64,000 nucleotides of DNA from an uncultured Eubacteriales bacterium (GTDB lineage Bacteria > Bacillota > Clostridia > Christensenellales > CAG-138): NCBI GenBank assembly GCA_942492885.1, contig OW818651.1:66181-130180 (forward strand), in the 5' to 3' direction. The notes below the pieces were generated by a model, which was not told the origin of the DNA, did not search any database, and saw only the letters and a list, made by a program, of their open reading frames with translations. The translations under genes were made by a program, and so were the position numbers. Of this stretch, positions 39,083 through 47,699 are shown in pieces (positions within the stretch are counted from its first letter, which is position 1; every line of letters begins with the position of its first letter).

Positions 39083-40318
39083 ATGATGACCTACCAAGAC
39101 TTCACAAACTATGTCAAGCTCTACCCCGACGAAAACGGCCGCTTCGGCGAATACGGCGGCGCCTATCTGCCGCCGCAGCTCGTGCCCGTGTTCAAAGAGA
39201 TCGACGACGCCTACGAGACCATCTGCCACAGCGCGCAGTTCATCAGCGAGCTTCGGCGCATCCGCAAGGAGTTTCAGGGCAGACCCACACCCGTCTACCA
39301 TGCGGAGCGGCTCAGCCGTCTGCTCGGCAAATCCCAGATCTACCTCAAGCGCGAAGACCTCAACCACACCGGCGCGCACAAGCTCAACCATTGCATGGGT
39401 GAAGGACTGCTCGCCAAATTCCTCGGCAAAAAGAAGCTGATCGCCGAGACAGGCGCGGGACAGCACGGCGTGGCGCTCGCCACCGCCGCCGCCTACTTCG
39501 GACTCGCGTGCGACATCTACATGGGTGAAGTGGACATTGCCAAGCAAGCCCCGAACGTCACCCGTATGAAGATGCTCGGCGCGCGCGTTATCCCCGTGTC
39601 TCACGGGCTCAAAACGCTCAAAGAGGCGGTGGACGCGGCGTTCACGGCGTACCTCAACGAATATGACGACGCGATCTATTGCATCGGCTCCGTGGTCGGC
39701 CCGCACCCCTTCCCGAAGATGGTGCGCGACTTCCAGATGGTGGTCGGCATCGAAGCCAAAGAGCAGTTTGTGGACATGACCGGACTTCTGCCGGATGTGG
39801 TCTGCGCCTGCGTCGGCGGCGGCTCGAATGCGGCGGGGCTGTTCACAACGTTCTACGAAGAACCCGTTGAGATCGTCGGCGTGGAGCCGATGGGACGCGG
39901 CACCAGCATTGGCGACAACGCGGCCTCGATCACGTTTGGCAAAAAGGGCGTGCTGCACGGCTTTGAGAGCTTGCTCTTACAGGACGACAAGGGCGAGCCG
40001 CTGCCCGTCTACAGCATCGCGAGCGGTCTGGATTACCCCTCCGTCGGTCCGGAGCATGCGTTTATGCACGACGTCGGCCGTGTGCAGTATACCAGCGTGA
40101 CGGACGAAGAGGCGATGGAAGCGTTTTTCTACCTCAGCCGCTACGAGGGCATCATTCCCGCGATCGAGAGCGCGCACGCGCTGGCGTATGCCATGCGTTT
40201 TGCCCGCGAGAAGAACCGCGGTTCCATCCTCGTCAATCTCTCCGGCAGAGGCGACAAGGACATCGACTACGTCTTTGAGCACTATGGCTACGGCGATAGA
40301 TTCTTTGATAAGAAGTGA
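39083..40318 (+). CDS. trpB: Tryptophan synthase beta-chain-like PLP enzyme (stand-alone)
   Basis: [24 protein letters not shown] (PLP lysine), GAGQHGVA and GGGSNAAG motifs. The start MMTYQDF at 39083 is used; the upstream part of the track ORF is the T-box leader. No trpA is adjacent. Confidence 0.85.
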   Translation: MMTYQDFTNYVKLYPDENGRFGEYGGAYLPPQLVPVFKEIDDAYETICHSAQFISELRRIRKEFQGRPTPVYHAERLSRLLGKSQIYLKREDLNHTGAHKLNHCMGEGLLAKFLGKKKLIAETGAGQHGVALATAAAYFGLACDIYMGEVDIAKQAPNVTRMKMLGARVIPVSHGLKTLKEAVDAAFTAYLNEYDDAIYCIGSVVGPHPFPKMVRDFQMVVGIEAKEQFVDMTGLLPDVVCACVGGGSNAAGLFTTFYEEPVEIVGVEPMGRGTSIGDNAASITFGKKGVLHGFESLLLQDDKGEPLPVYSIASGLDYPSVGPEHAFMHDVGRVQYTSVTDEEAMEAFFYLSRYEGIIPAIESAHALAYAMRFAREKNRGSILVNLSGRGDKDIDYVFEHYGYGDRFFDKK

Positions 40319-40415
40319 TTTTCGTTAACTGCAAGTTCCCATAAGACATTACGGTTACGGCGAGAAGTTTTTTGAAAAAAAGTAAATAATAACTCAACAT
40401 TATGTATCTAACAAT

Positions 40416-40457
40416 ACGGGACGGCGCAAGAAGTTGTGCCCGTCCCGTATAAAATTT
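40416..40457 (+). terminator. Terminator-like hairpin after trpB
   Basis: 9-bp perfect stem: acgggacgg (40416-40424) pairs with ccgtcccgt (40440-40448). The T-tract that follows is weak and A/T-rich. Confidence 0.5.
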
Positions 40458-40459
40458 GC

Positions 40460-40489
40460 TTGACGGCAAGTGATTTGGTTTTGTATAAT
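40460..40489 (+). promoter_or_regulatory. Sigma-A-type promoter for glmS
   Basis: TTGACG (40460-40465), 18-nt spacer, TATAAT (40484-40489). Confidence 0.65.
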
Positions 40490-40503
40490 AGCCAAAGGAT
40501 TTT

Positions 40504-40556
40504 GCGTCCGATAATGGGTGGGCGGTTGGCGGCTTATTATCGGACGCTTCATTTTT
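40504..40556 (+). promoter_or_regulatory. Leader hairpin with interrupted U-tract (attenuator-like) in the glmS 5' UTR
   Basis: 12-bp perfect stem: gcgtccgataat (40504-40515) pairs with attatcggacgc (40536-40547). It is followed by ttcattttt. The AAGGGGGAA ribosome-binding site and ATG 40580 lie downstream. Confidence 0.5.
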
Positions 40557-40579
40557 GGCAAAGGGGGAATTGCAGTTAC

Positions 40580-42409
40580 ATGTGTGGAATTGTTGGATAC
40601 ACAGGCGACAAGAATTGCGTACCCATCCTGATGAGTGGTTTAACTTCGCTCGCCTATCGCGGCTATGACTCCGCAGGCGTAGCGGTTTGGGAAGGCTCCG
40701 ATTTGACCCTGCGCAAGGCGAAGGGAAAAATTGAAAACCTCAAAACATTACTCGAAGAATCTCCGATCAGCGGCAAGAGCGGCATCGGCCACACCCGCTG
40801 GGCGACGCACGGCGAACCTTCGGATGTGAATGCACATCCGCACACCGACTCTCACAAGACGCTCGCAATCGTACACAACGGAATCATCGAAAATTATCTT
40901 CATATTAAAAGTATGCTTGTCAAAAACGGCTGCAAGTTCGTTTCTGAAACCGACACAGAAGTCGTGGCTCAGCTGTTTGGCTATTTTTACGACAAAAATC
41001 CGCTGGAGACGCTCAAAAAGACCGTCCCGATGCTCGAAGGCTCGTTTGCGCTGGCCATCCTGTTTGCGGACGAACCGGAGACGATCTACTGTACCTGCAA
41101 GGACAGCCCGATGGTCGTTGGACACGGCGTGAACGAGAGCATCGTTGCGTCCGATATTCCGGCCATTTTGGAATATACGCGTGATGTTTACTTTGTGCAG
41201 GAACGCCAGATTGCGGTTCTGAAAAAGAGCGGCCTCGCGTTTTATGATGAGTTTGGTACATCGATTGAAAAGCCGGCGACCCACATCGATTGGGACGTGG
41301 AGTCCGCTAAAAAAGGCAACTACGAACATTTCATGATGAAGGAAATCTGCGAGGAGCCGGATGCGTTCCGCAAGACCTTCGATCAATATGTCAATCATAA
41401 AGACTTCACGCTCAAGACCGATCGTTTCCCCTGGGACACGGAGCGCGCAAAGAGCTTGAGTCGCATCACCATCGTGAGCTGCGGCACCGCGTACCACGCG
41501 GGCATGCTCGGCAAAAAGTTCATCGAGCACATGGCAAAGCTTCGTGTGGATGTGGACATCGCGAGCGAATACCGCTATGGCGACAACCTCATCAACAGCG
41601 GAGAAGCGTTCATGGTCATCAGCCAGAGCGGCGAAACCGCGGACACCATCGCAGCGCTCCGCCGCGCGAAAGACCTTGGTTGCGACACGATGGCGCTTTG
41701 CAACGTCATCGGCAGCACGATTTCTCGCGAAGCAGGGCATGTGCTGTATACCTATGCGGGGCCGGAGATTGCCGTTGCCGCGACAAAATCGTATTTAACG
41801 CAGATCATCGTGCTGTATCTGTGCGCGCTCGACCTCGCGCAAAAGCGCGGCGAAATGACGAAGGAGCAGGTGTCTGCCAGACTCAAAGAGATGAGCACGG
41901 TGCCCGCCTCCATGCAGAAGGTGCTCGACAACAAAGAGCAGATTCAGTTCTTTGCCAGCCGCTCGTTTGCGGTCAAGCACGTGTTCTTCATCGGCCGCGG
42001 CATGGACTATGCCCTCGCGATGGAAGCGGCGCTGAAACTCAAAGAGATCTCCTACATTCACTCGGAGGCTTATCCGGCGGGCGAACTCAAGCACGGCACG
42101 ATTGCGCTGATTGAGGAAGGTTCGCTGGTCGTTGCCCTCGCAACCCAGCCGGACTTGCAGGCGAAGGTCGCCAGCAATATGGAAGAGGTTCGCGTGCGCG
42201 GCGCGCATGTGCTTGCCGTCACCAACGGCTACTGGGAAGGTGCCGCGGGTCATTCACACGAGCAATGGCAGATCGACGCAATGGACGAGACGCTTGCGCC
42301 GCTTTGTGCGATTGTCCCCATGCAGCTACTGGCGTATTACCTAGCGGTTCAGAAAGGCTGTCCTGTGGATCAGCCACGCAATCTCGCAAAAAGCGTAACG
42401 GTGGAGTAG
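40580..42409 (+). CDS. glmS: Glutamine--fructose-6-phosphate aminotransferase (isomerizing)
   Basis: Begins MCGIVGY (Ntn catalytic Cys), has two SIS domains, and ends KSVTVE. The track start 40436 covers the promoter and leader. Confidence 0.93.
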   Translation: MCGIVGYTGDKNCVPILMSGLTSLAYRGYDSAGVAVWEGSDLTLRKAKGKIENLKTLLEESPISGKSGIGHTRWATHGEPSDVNAHPHTDSHKTLAIVHNGIIENYLHIKSMLVKNGCKFVSETDTEVVAQLFGYFYDKNPLETLKKTVPMLEGSFALAILFADEPETIYCTCKDSPMVVGHGVNESIVASDIPAILEYTRDVYFVQERQIAVLKKSGLAFYDEFGTSIEKPATHIDWDVESAKKGNYEHFMMKEICEEPDAFRKTFDQYVNHKDFTLKTDRFPWDTERAKSLSRITIVSCGTAYHAGMLGKKFIEHMAKLRVDVDIASEYRYGDNLINSGEAFMVISQSGETADTIAALRRAKDLGCDTMALCNVIGSTISREAGHVLYTYAGPEIAVAATKSYLTQIIVLYLCALDLAQKRGEMTKEQVSARLKEMSTVPASMQKVLDNKEQIQFFASRSFAVKHVFFIGRGMDYALAMEAALKLKEISYIHSEAYPAGELKHGTIALIEEGSLVVALATQPDLQAKVASNMEEVRVRGAHVLAVTNGYWEGAAGHSHEQWQIDAMDETLAPLCAIVPMQLLAYYLAVQKGCPVDQPRNLAKSVTVE

Positions 42410-42419
42410 CCACCCTGTT

Positions 42420-42455
42420 TCACGCCCCTCTTCAAAAAGGGGCGTTGCTTTTGCA
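42420..42455 (+). terminator. Intrinsic terminator after glmS
   Basis: Stem acgcccct (42422-42429) pairs with aggggcgt (42439-42446), followed by a T-rich tail. Confidence 0.7.
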
Positions 42456-42575
42456 GTTTTATGACAACGTTTCGCAACAAGCAGAACTGAATCTGAAAAA
42501 ATTGCCCGTGGTCGGGCTTGCATTCGTGTTTAATTGAAATCAAAATAGATTAGCATGTGATACGGAGGAGATTGT

Positions 42576-44177
42576 ATGGCGAAGTATATTTTTGTAACAG
42601 GCGGTGTTGTATCCGGGCTTGGCAAAGGCATCACGGCGGCGTCGTTAGGAAGGCTGCTCAAAGCGCGCGGGCTGAAGGTCGCGGCGCAGAAACTCGACCC
42701 GTATATCAACGTTGACCCCGGCACGATGAGTCCCTTTCAGCACGGCGAAGTGTTCGTCACCGAAGACGGCGCGGAGACCGACCTCGACCTGGGACACTAT
42801 GAACGCTTCATCGACGAAGACCTCAACCGCTTCTCCAACCTCACCACGGGCAAAGTCTACTGGAATATCCTGACCAACGAGCGCGCGGGCGCATATCTCG
42901 GCGAGACGGTGCAGGTCATCCCGCACGTCACCAATGAGATCAAGCGCTTCATCTACAGCGTGGCGGACGCGACCCATGCGGACGTGGTCATCACCGAGAT
43001 TGGCGGCACCATCGGCGATATCGAAAGCCAGCCGTTCCTCGAAGCAATCCGTCAGGTCGGGCACGAAGTCGGCCCAAATAATTGCCTCTTTATCCATGTC
43101 ACACTGGTACCGTACCTCTCCGGTTCGGACGAGCATAAATCCAAGCCCACCCAGCACTCCGTCAAAGAACTGCAATCCTCCGGTATCACTCCGAATATCA
43201 TCGTCATGCGAGTCGATCGTCCCGTGGACGATGGACTCAAGCGCAAGATCGCGTTGTTTTGCAACGTTAAACCCGACTGCGTGATCGAAAACCTCACGGT
43301 CGAAACACTATACGAAGCGCCGATCATGCTTGAGCGCAACAACTTCAGCGAAGTGGTCTGCCGCGAGCTCCAGCTGGATCTACCGCAGCCGAACCTCAAG
43401 GAATGGAACGAGATGCTCGATCGCGTGCGTGGCAGCAAAGAGCACGTCAAGATTGGTCTCGTGGGCAAATATGTCAAGCTCCACGACGCATATCTTTCCG
43501 TTGCGGAGGCCATGCGCCACGCGGGCTATGAAAACAGCGCAGTGGTCGAGATCGAATGGATCGACTCGGAAGCCATCGACGCGAAAAACGTTGCCGAAAA
43601 GCTTGCGGGACTCGACGGCATCGTGCTGCCCGGCGGTTTTGGCGTGCGCGGGGTAGAGGGTATGATCCAGACCGCGAAATACGCGCGCGAGAACAATATT
43701 CCGTACCTTGGGCTGTGTCTCGGCATGCAGATTGCGGTCATCGAGTTTGCGCGCAACGTCGCCGGACTCTTTGGCGCAAACAGCGGTGAGTTTGACGAAA
43801 ACAGCCCGCACAAGGTCATCGACTTTATGCCGGATCAGTACGCGACGATCAACAAAGGCGGCACGATGCGCCTTGGCACCTATCCTTGCAAGGTGATGGC
43901 GGGATCGCTGCTGGAGAAATGCTACGCACAGCCCCTGATTCACGAGCGGCACAGACACCGCTATGAGTTCAACAACGATTACCGCGATCGTCTCTCCAGT
44001 GTGGGTCTCGTGCTATCCGGCGTTTCGCCGGACGAGCTCATCGTGGAGACCGTAGAGCTCAAGGATCATCCGTTCTTCATCGGCGTACAATTCCATCCGG
44101 AGTTCAAGAGCCGCCCGAACCGCGCACATCCGCTGTTCAAAGGCTTTGTCGCCGCGGCACTCAAGAACAAGAAGTAA
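42576..44177 (+). CDS. pyrG: CTP synthase
   Basis: [19 protein letters not shown] start and a C-terminal glutamine amidotransferase domain (GLCLGMQ). GGAGGAG ribosome-binding site. Confidence 0.93.
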   Translation: MAKYIFVTGGVVSGLGKGITAASLGRLLKARGLKVAAQKLDPYINVDPGTMSPFQHGEVFVTEDGAETDLDLGHYERFIDEDLNRFSNLTTGKVYWNILTNERAGAYLGETVQVIPHVTNEIKRFIYSVADATHADVVITEIGGTIGDIESQPFLEAIRQVGHEVGPNNCLFIHVTLVPYLSGSDEHKSKPTQHSVKELQSSGITPNIIVMRVDRPVDDGLKRKIALFCNVKPDCVIENLTVETLYEAPIMLERNNFSEVVCRELQLDLPQPNLKEWNEMLDRVRGSKEHVKIGLVGKYVKLHDAYLSVAEAMRHAGYENSAVVEIEWIDSEAIDAKNVAEKLAGLDGIVLPGGFGVRGVEGMIQTAKYARENNIPYLGLCLGMQIAVIEFARNVAGLFGANSGEFDENSPHKVIDFMPDQYATINKGGTMRLGTYPCKVMAGSLLEKCYAQPLIHERHRHRYEFNNDYRDRLSSVGLVLSGVSPDELIVETVELKDHPFFIGVQFHPEFKSRPNRAHPLFKGFVAAALKNKK

Positions 44178-44195
44178 TCTCTCTATGACGCACTG

Positions 44196-44221
44196 CGCCC
44201 GCCATCCGGCGGGCGTTTTTC
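44196..44221 (+). terminator. Intrinsic terminator after pyrG
   Basis: Stem cgcccgcc pairs with ggcgggcg around the loop atcc, followed by TTTTT. Confidence 0.8.
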
Positions 44222-44291
44222 GTTGCGATTTTCTCAGGATCGGGTTAAGATGGAACAACAGGCCGAATCATTCGGCAACAGAGGAGAACCC

Positions 44292-44882
44292 ATGCAGACT
44301 TCAGGCAAGAAACTCTTTTCAATCATCGAGCTTTTCCAGATCATGACGCTTGCGTTTCGCTCAATTCCGCTGTTAAGGCGGGCAAAGGCCGCAGGGAAGA
44401 TGGACAAGGCGTTTTTAGAACGCATCATGCTCGCCGTGACTGAGGTCAACGGCTGCGCCATGTGCTCGTATTATCACACCAAGGTCGCACTGGAGGAGGG
44501 CTTCAGCGCCGAGGAGATTCGCGCCATGCTTGGCGGCAGCTTTGTGGATGTGCCGCCGGAGCAACTCAGCGGCGTGCTATTCGCGCAACACTATGCAGAC
44601 GAGCGCGGGAAACCTTCGCGTGCGAGTTGGGAGAAGATCGCCGCGGAGTACGGCGAGACGGGCGCGTATGGCATCCTAGCCGTCACGCGCATGATCATGA
44701 TGGGCAACGCCGTTGGCATTCCCTCCGGCTCGTTTTTGCTCCGTTTTCGCGGCAAGGCAGACCCACGCAGCAATGTATTTTATGAGTTAATGATGATGCT
44801 GGCCATGGTGGTGTTTATTCCGCTGGCGGGGCTCACGGCAATCATTCTGAATCTCGTGAAGGCACCAATTTTGAAATTCTAA
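44292..44882 (+). CDS. AhpD-like / carboxymuconolactone decarboxylase-family protein with C-terminal membrane helices
   Basis: CMD/AhpD core motif VTEVNGCAMCSYYH (CxxC) and a hydrophobic C-terminus. GAGGAG ribosome-binding site before ATG 44292. Confidence 0.6.
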   Translation: MQTSGKKLFSIIELFQIMTLAFRSIPLLRRAKAAGKMDKAFLERIMLAVTEVNGCAMCSYYHTKVALEEGFSAEEIRAMLGGSFVDVPPEQLSGVLFAQHYADERGKPSRASWEKIAAEYGETGAYGILAVTRMIMMGNAVGIPSGSFLLRFRGKADPRSNVFYELMMMLAMVVFIPLAGLTAIILNLVKAPILKF

Positions 44883-44904
44883 GAAGCTATTCGGTATTCC
44901 GAAA

Positions 44905-44950
44905 GAAAGACAAGCACGCGGTTTGGTTTCCGCGTGCTTGTTTGTTTTTT
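44905..44950. terminator. Bidirectional terminator (11-bp stem)
   Basis: caagcacgcgg (44911-44921) pairs with ccgcgtgcttg (44930-44940), with an A-rich tract before and a T-run after. Confidence 0.8.
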
Positions 44951-44960
44951 GGGGGTGATG

Positions 44961-45680
44961 TTAGGAACAGACGGAACAGGTGGGATTCTTCGCGATGATT
45001 ATAAATTCTGTCGTCATGCTTTTTCCATCGTAGAGCAGCATCCGTCCGTCGGTGGGGTTTGGCAAACCTAGCAGGATGTTTGCCGCGCACTGCGCCTCTA
45101 AAGAGGCGATGGCGGAGACGACGGGCGCAAAGCTCGAAATCGGGTCGGATGGCATTGCGGCGGTATTCCCGTAATAGCACGCAAGGCAAGCCGTCTTGCC
45201 GGGACGATAGACGTACACCGAGCCGTTTAGCCCGTGGATGCCCGCATCGATGAGCGGGATTTGCACCCGCACGCACGCGCGGTTGACGATTAAACGGGAG
45301 AGAATAGAGTCCACCGCCAGCAGCACGAGATCATAGCGGGAAACCAGCTCTGGCGCGTTCTCTTCTGTCACGTGCTGGTCGTGCATCTCCAGCGTCAGCT
45401 CCGGCGCAAAGGCACTGAGCTTTTCATATGCAGATTGTGCCTTGTTCTTTCCGATATCGGCGGGCGTGTGCAGAAACTGGCGGTTGAGGTTGCTCAGCGA
45501 GACAACATCACCGTCGCAAAAGCCGATTCTACCGACGCCCATGCCGCAAAGATCATACAGCAGCGTGGAGCCTAAGCCCCCGCAGCCGACGACGAGAACA
45601 CTCGCCGCGGCAAGCTTAGCTTGCCCTGCGGAACCGATCTCCGGCAGCAGCATCTGCCGCTCATAACGCGAACCGTTCAC
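44961..45680 (-). CDS. ThiF/MoeB/HesA-family E1-like adenylyltransferase
   Basis: RYERQMLLPEIG start region, nucleotide loop VVGCGGLGS, NLNRQ motif, and two CxxC pairs (CLAC, CSVC). GTG start 4 nt after the upstream ADH stop. Confidence 0.8.
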   Translation of the reverse strand: MNGSRYERQMLLPEIGSAGQAKLAAASVLVVGCGGLGSTLLYDLCGMGVGRIGFCDGDVVSLSNLNRQFLHTPADIGKNKAQSAYEKLSAFAPELTLEMHDQHVTEENAPELVSRYDLVLLAVDSILSRLIVNRACVRVQIPLIDAGIHGLNGSVYVYRPGKTACLACYYGNTAAMPSDPISSFAPVVSAIASLEAQCAANILLGLPNPTDGRMLLYDGKSMTTEFIIIAKNPTCSVCS

Positions 45681-45684
45681 GTGC

Positions 45685-46893
45685 TTATTCTGCGCGCAGG
45701 CAGTCGATCAGCGCGCGAAACTCCGGCGTGTGCCAGAGCACGGGCACCGGATAGATCGGGTTTGCTTCCTTCATCGCCCATTTGATCATCTGCGGGATAT
45801 CTTTCTCCTGAATGAAGTCGAAGCCGGACTGAATCTTCATATCTGTGTTCATGCGGCGAATCTCGCGGATAAAGGCCTTCGCCTTCTCCTCGTCGTCCTT
45901 GCCGTTGATGCCGACGGCTTCCGCCAGCCGCGCTAACTTAAAGTAGACCGCGGAGCCGAAGCGTTCCATCACGCAGGGGAGAATCACCGCGTTGGCGAGG
46001 CCGTGCGGCGTGCCATAGAGCCCGCCAAGTGTATGCGCAACCCCGTGCACATAGCCCACGCAGGCGCGCGTGAAGGCGGCACCGCCGTAGAACGCGGCGA
46101 GCTGCATGTTGTAGCGCGCGGTGATGTCGGTGCCGTCCTTATAGACTTTCTCCAGATTTTCAAACACCAGCTTCACGGCCTCTATGGCGAGTTTGTCCGT
46201 CGATTTCGGCGCAAACAGGTTGGTGTATGCTTCCACGGCGTGGGTGAGCGCGTCCATACCCGTCGTACTCGTGATGTGCGGCGGCAGGCCAACGGTGAGC
46301 TCCGGGTCGAGCACCGCATAGCGCGGGATCAAGCAAAGATCCTGAATCGCGTATTTGTGGTGCGTTGCGCGGTCGGTCACCACGGCGGCGATGGTCGTCT
46401 CCGAGCCGGTGCCCGCCGTGGTCGGCACGGCAAACAGCGGCGGGAGTTTTTTGAGCACGCGCAACGTGCCGCCCATCTTCGCGACGCTCTGGCGCGGCTT
46501 TACGATGCGCGCGCCCGCGGCTTTTGCGCAGTCCATCGCGGAGCCGCCGCCGAAGGCGACGATGCCGTCGCATTTGTTGTCGACATAGAGCTTTCTGGCA
46601 GCCTCGATGTTTTCGATGGAAGGATTCGGCTCTACACCATCGTAGACAATGCCCTTGAGCCCCGCCGCATCACAAGCAGCAAAAAAGGAATCCAAGAGAC
46701 CCAGTTTGCGCAGCACGGCATCGGTCACGATCAGCACGCGGGTTACGCCCTTGCTCTTGATGAGCGCCGGCAGTTTTTTGATGCTGCCTGGCCCGCTGAG
46801 CAGCTCCGGCTGACGCCAGGGCATGAGGTACATGGCGGAGGTGAGTACAAACTGAAACACGCGGTACCAGATTTTCTGCAACATCCAAAGCAT
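45685..46893 (-). CDS. Iron-containing (group III) alcohol dehydrogenase
   Basis: 402 aa with GGGSAMDCAK and histidine-rich metal-site motifs (HGVAH..G..HG). GGAGG ribosome-binding site 8 nt upstream. Confidence 0.85.
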   Translation of the reverse strand: MLWMLQKIWYRVFQFVLTSAMYLMPWRQPELLSGPGSIKKLPALIKSKGVTRVLIVTDAVLRKLGLLDSFFAACDAAGLKGIVYDGVEPNPSIENIEAARKLYVDNKCDGIVAFGGGSAMDCAKAAGARIVKPRQSVAKMGGTLRVLKKLPPLFAVPTTAGTGSETTIAAVVTDRATHHKYAIQDLCLIPRYAVLDPELTVGLPPHITSTTGMDALTHAVEAYTNLFAPKSTDKLAIEAVKLVFENLEKVYKDGTDITARYNMQLAAFYGGAAFTRACVGYVHGVAHTLGGLYGTPHGLANAVILPCVMERFGSAVYFKLARLAEAVGINGKDDEEKAKAFIREIRRMNTDMKIQSGFDFIQEKDIPQMIKWAMKEANPIYPVPVLWHTPEFRALIDCLRAE

Positions 46894-47147
46894 GGTTTCG
46901 CGCCTCCAAACTAAAATTTCGGGATAGTGTGAGTAGAGATGGTATGTTTCATTCTAACATGCGCGCACGACTCTCCGCAATCGACGCGTAATGCAAAAAC
47001 AGAATCGAAAATAAAGAACAACGTTCTCCACCAGACAAACAAGATCATGGCGTGATATACAAACATGTGCGATTCAAGCCATACATCGGAACACGGAATA
47101 GGGGTACTTAATCCGCTGAAATATTTGTCAAATTGTATATACAGTAA

Positions 47148-47194
47148 AATCGAAAAAACGCGAATTATGTCGATTAATCTCGAAGAATAGCGAA
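47148..47194 (+). repeat. Five same-orientation CGA(A/T) cores at an exact 10-bp period (0A-box-like heptamers)
   Basis: aaTCGAA (47148-54), acGCGAA (47158-64), TGTCGAt (47168-74), TcTCGAA (47178-84), TaGCGAA (47188-94). Five consecutive 10-nt print blocks start with cga. The array abuts a possible -35 element, TTGAAA at 47199-47204. Confidence 0.85.
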
Positions 47195-47264
47195 ACCGTT
47201 GAAATTTGTTATTTTGTAGTTTAATGTCAGTTTATTGGGGAAAATTAACAGGGAGGACAGACAT

Positions 47265-47591
47265 GTGAGGTCAAAAATCGATCAGGAGTTACTCCGGCTC
47301 GGCGCACCGACAGGGCGGCTTGGATATGTGCAAATGGCGATGACACTCGAACTCATCATGCAGGAGGAGCAGGTGACCAGCACCACGCGCGTACTATATC
47401 CGAAAGTAGCGGAGCGCTGCGGCACTAAGCCTGCGCGCATCGAACGCAACGTGCGCGAGGAGATCAAAGCCATCTGGAACTTTGGCAACCAGAAGCGGCT
47501 CGATCAGCTTTTCATCAATCGCGGAAAGTATCCGCCGGGAAACAAAGAGTTCTTATATACCATCGCGCGTTACATGCAGCAGAACAGCTAA
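47265..47591 (+). CDS. Stand-alone Spo0A C-terminal (DNA-binding) domain protein, no receiver domain
   Basis: Aligns by eye to the Bacillus Spo0A effector domain: LG.P....GY, T.VLYP.VA, ARIER..R..I...W..GN...L..LF, P.NKEF. GGGAGGA lies 7 nt before an in-frame GTG at 47265. The track start is TTG 47235. Confidence 0.7.
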   Translation: MRSKIDQELLRLGAPTGRLGYVQMAMTLELIMQEEQVTSTTRVLYPKVAERCGTKPARIERNVREEIKAIWNFGNQKRLDQLFINRGKYPPGNKEFLYTIARYMQQNS

Positions 47592-47649
47592 AAGCAGGCA
47601 ATCGTCTTCCAAACAACATTCGGAAACAACGCCGGTTTTCGGCGCAAAT

Positions 47650-47684
47650 AAAAAGCGGGGGATTGATTTTTCCTCCGCTTTTGC
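47650..47684. terminator. Bidirectional terminator between convergent genes
   Basis: Stem gcggggga pairs with tcctccgc (one G-U pair), with an A-run before and a T-run after. Confidence 0.65.
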
Positions 47685-47699
47685 GTTGCCTTTGGTGGA

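Noticed and set aside
38588-39958. 456-aa ORF on the minus strand
   Set aside because: It lies entirely antisense to the T-box leader and trpB. It has no ribosome-binding site, a low-complexity Arg/Ala/Gly/His-rich composition and no recognisable motif. This is the typical shadow ORF of a GC-rich gene.
40490-40579. Looked for a glmS ribozyme upstream of glmS
   Set aside because: The leader is too short and shows none of the conserved ribozyme core segments I can recall. It is reported instead as an unexplained hairpin leader.
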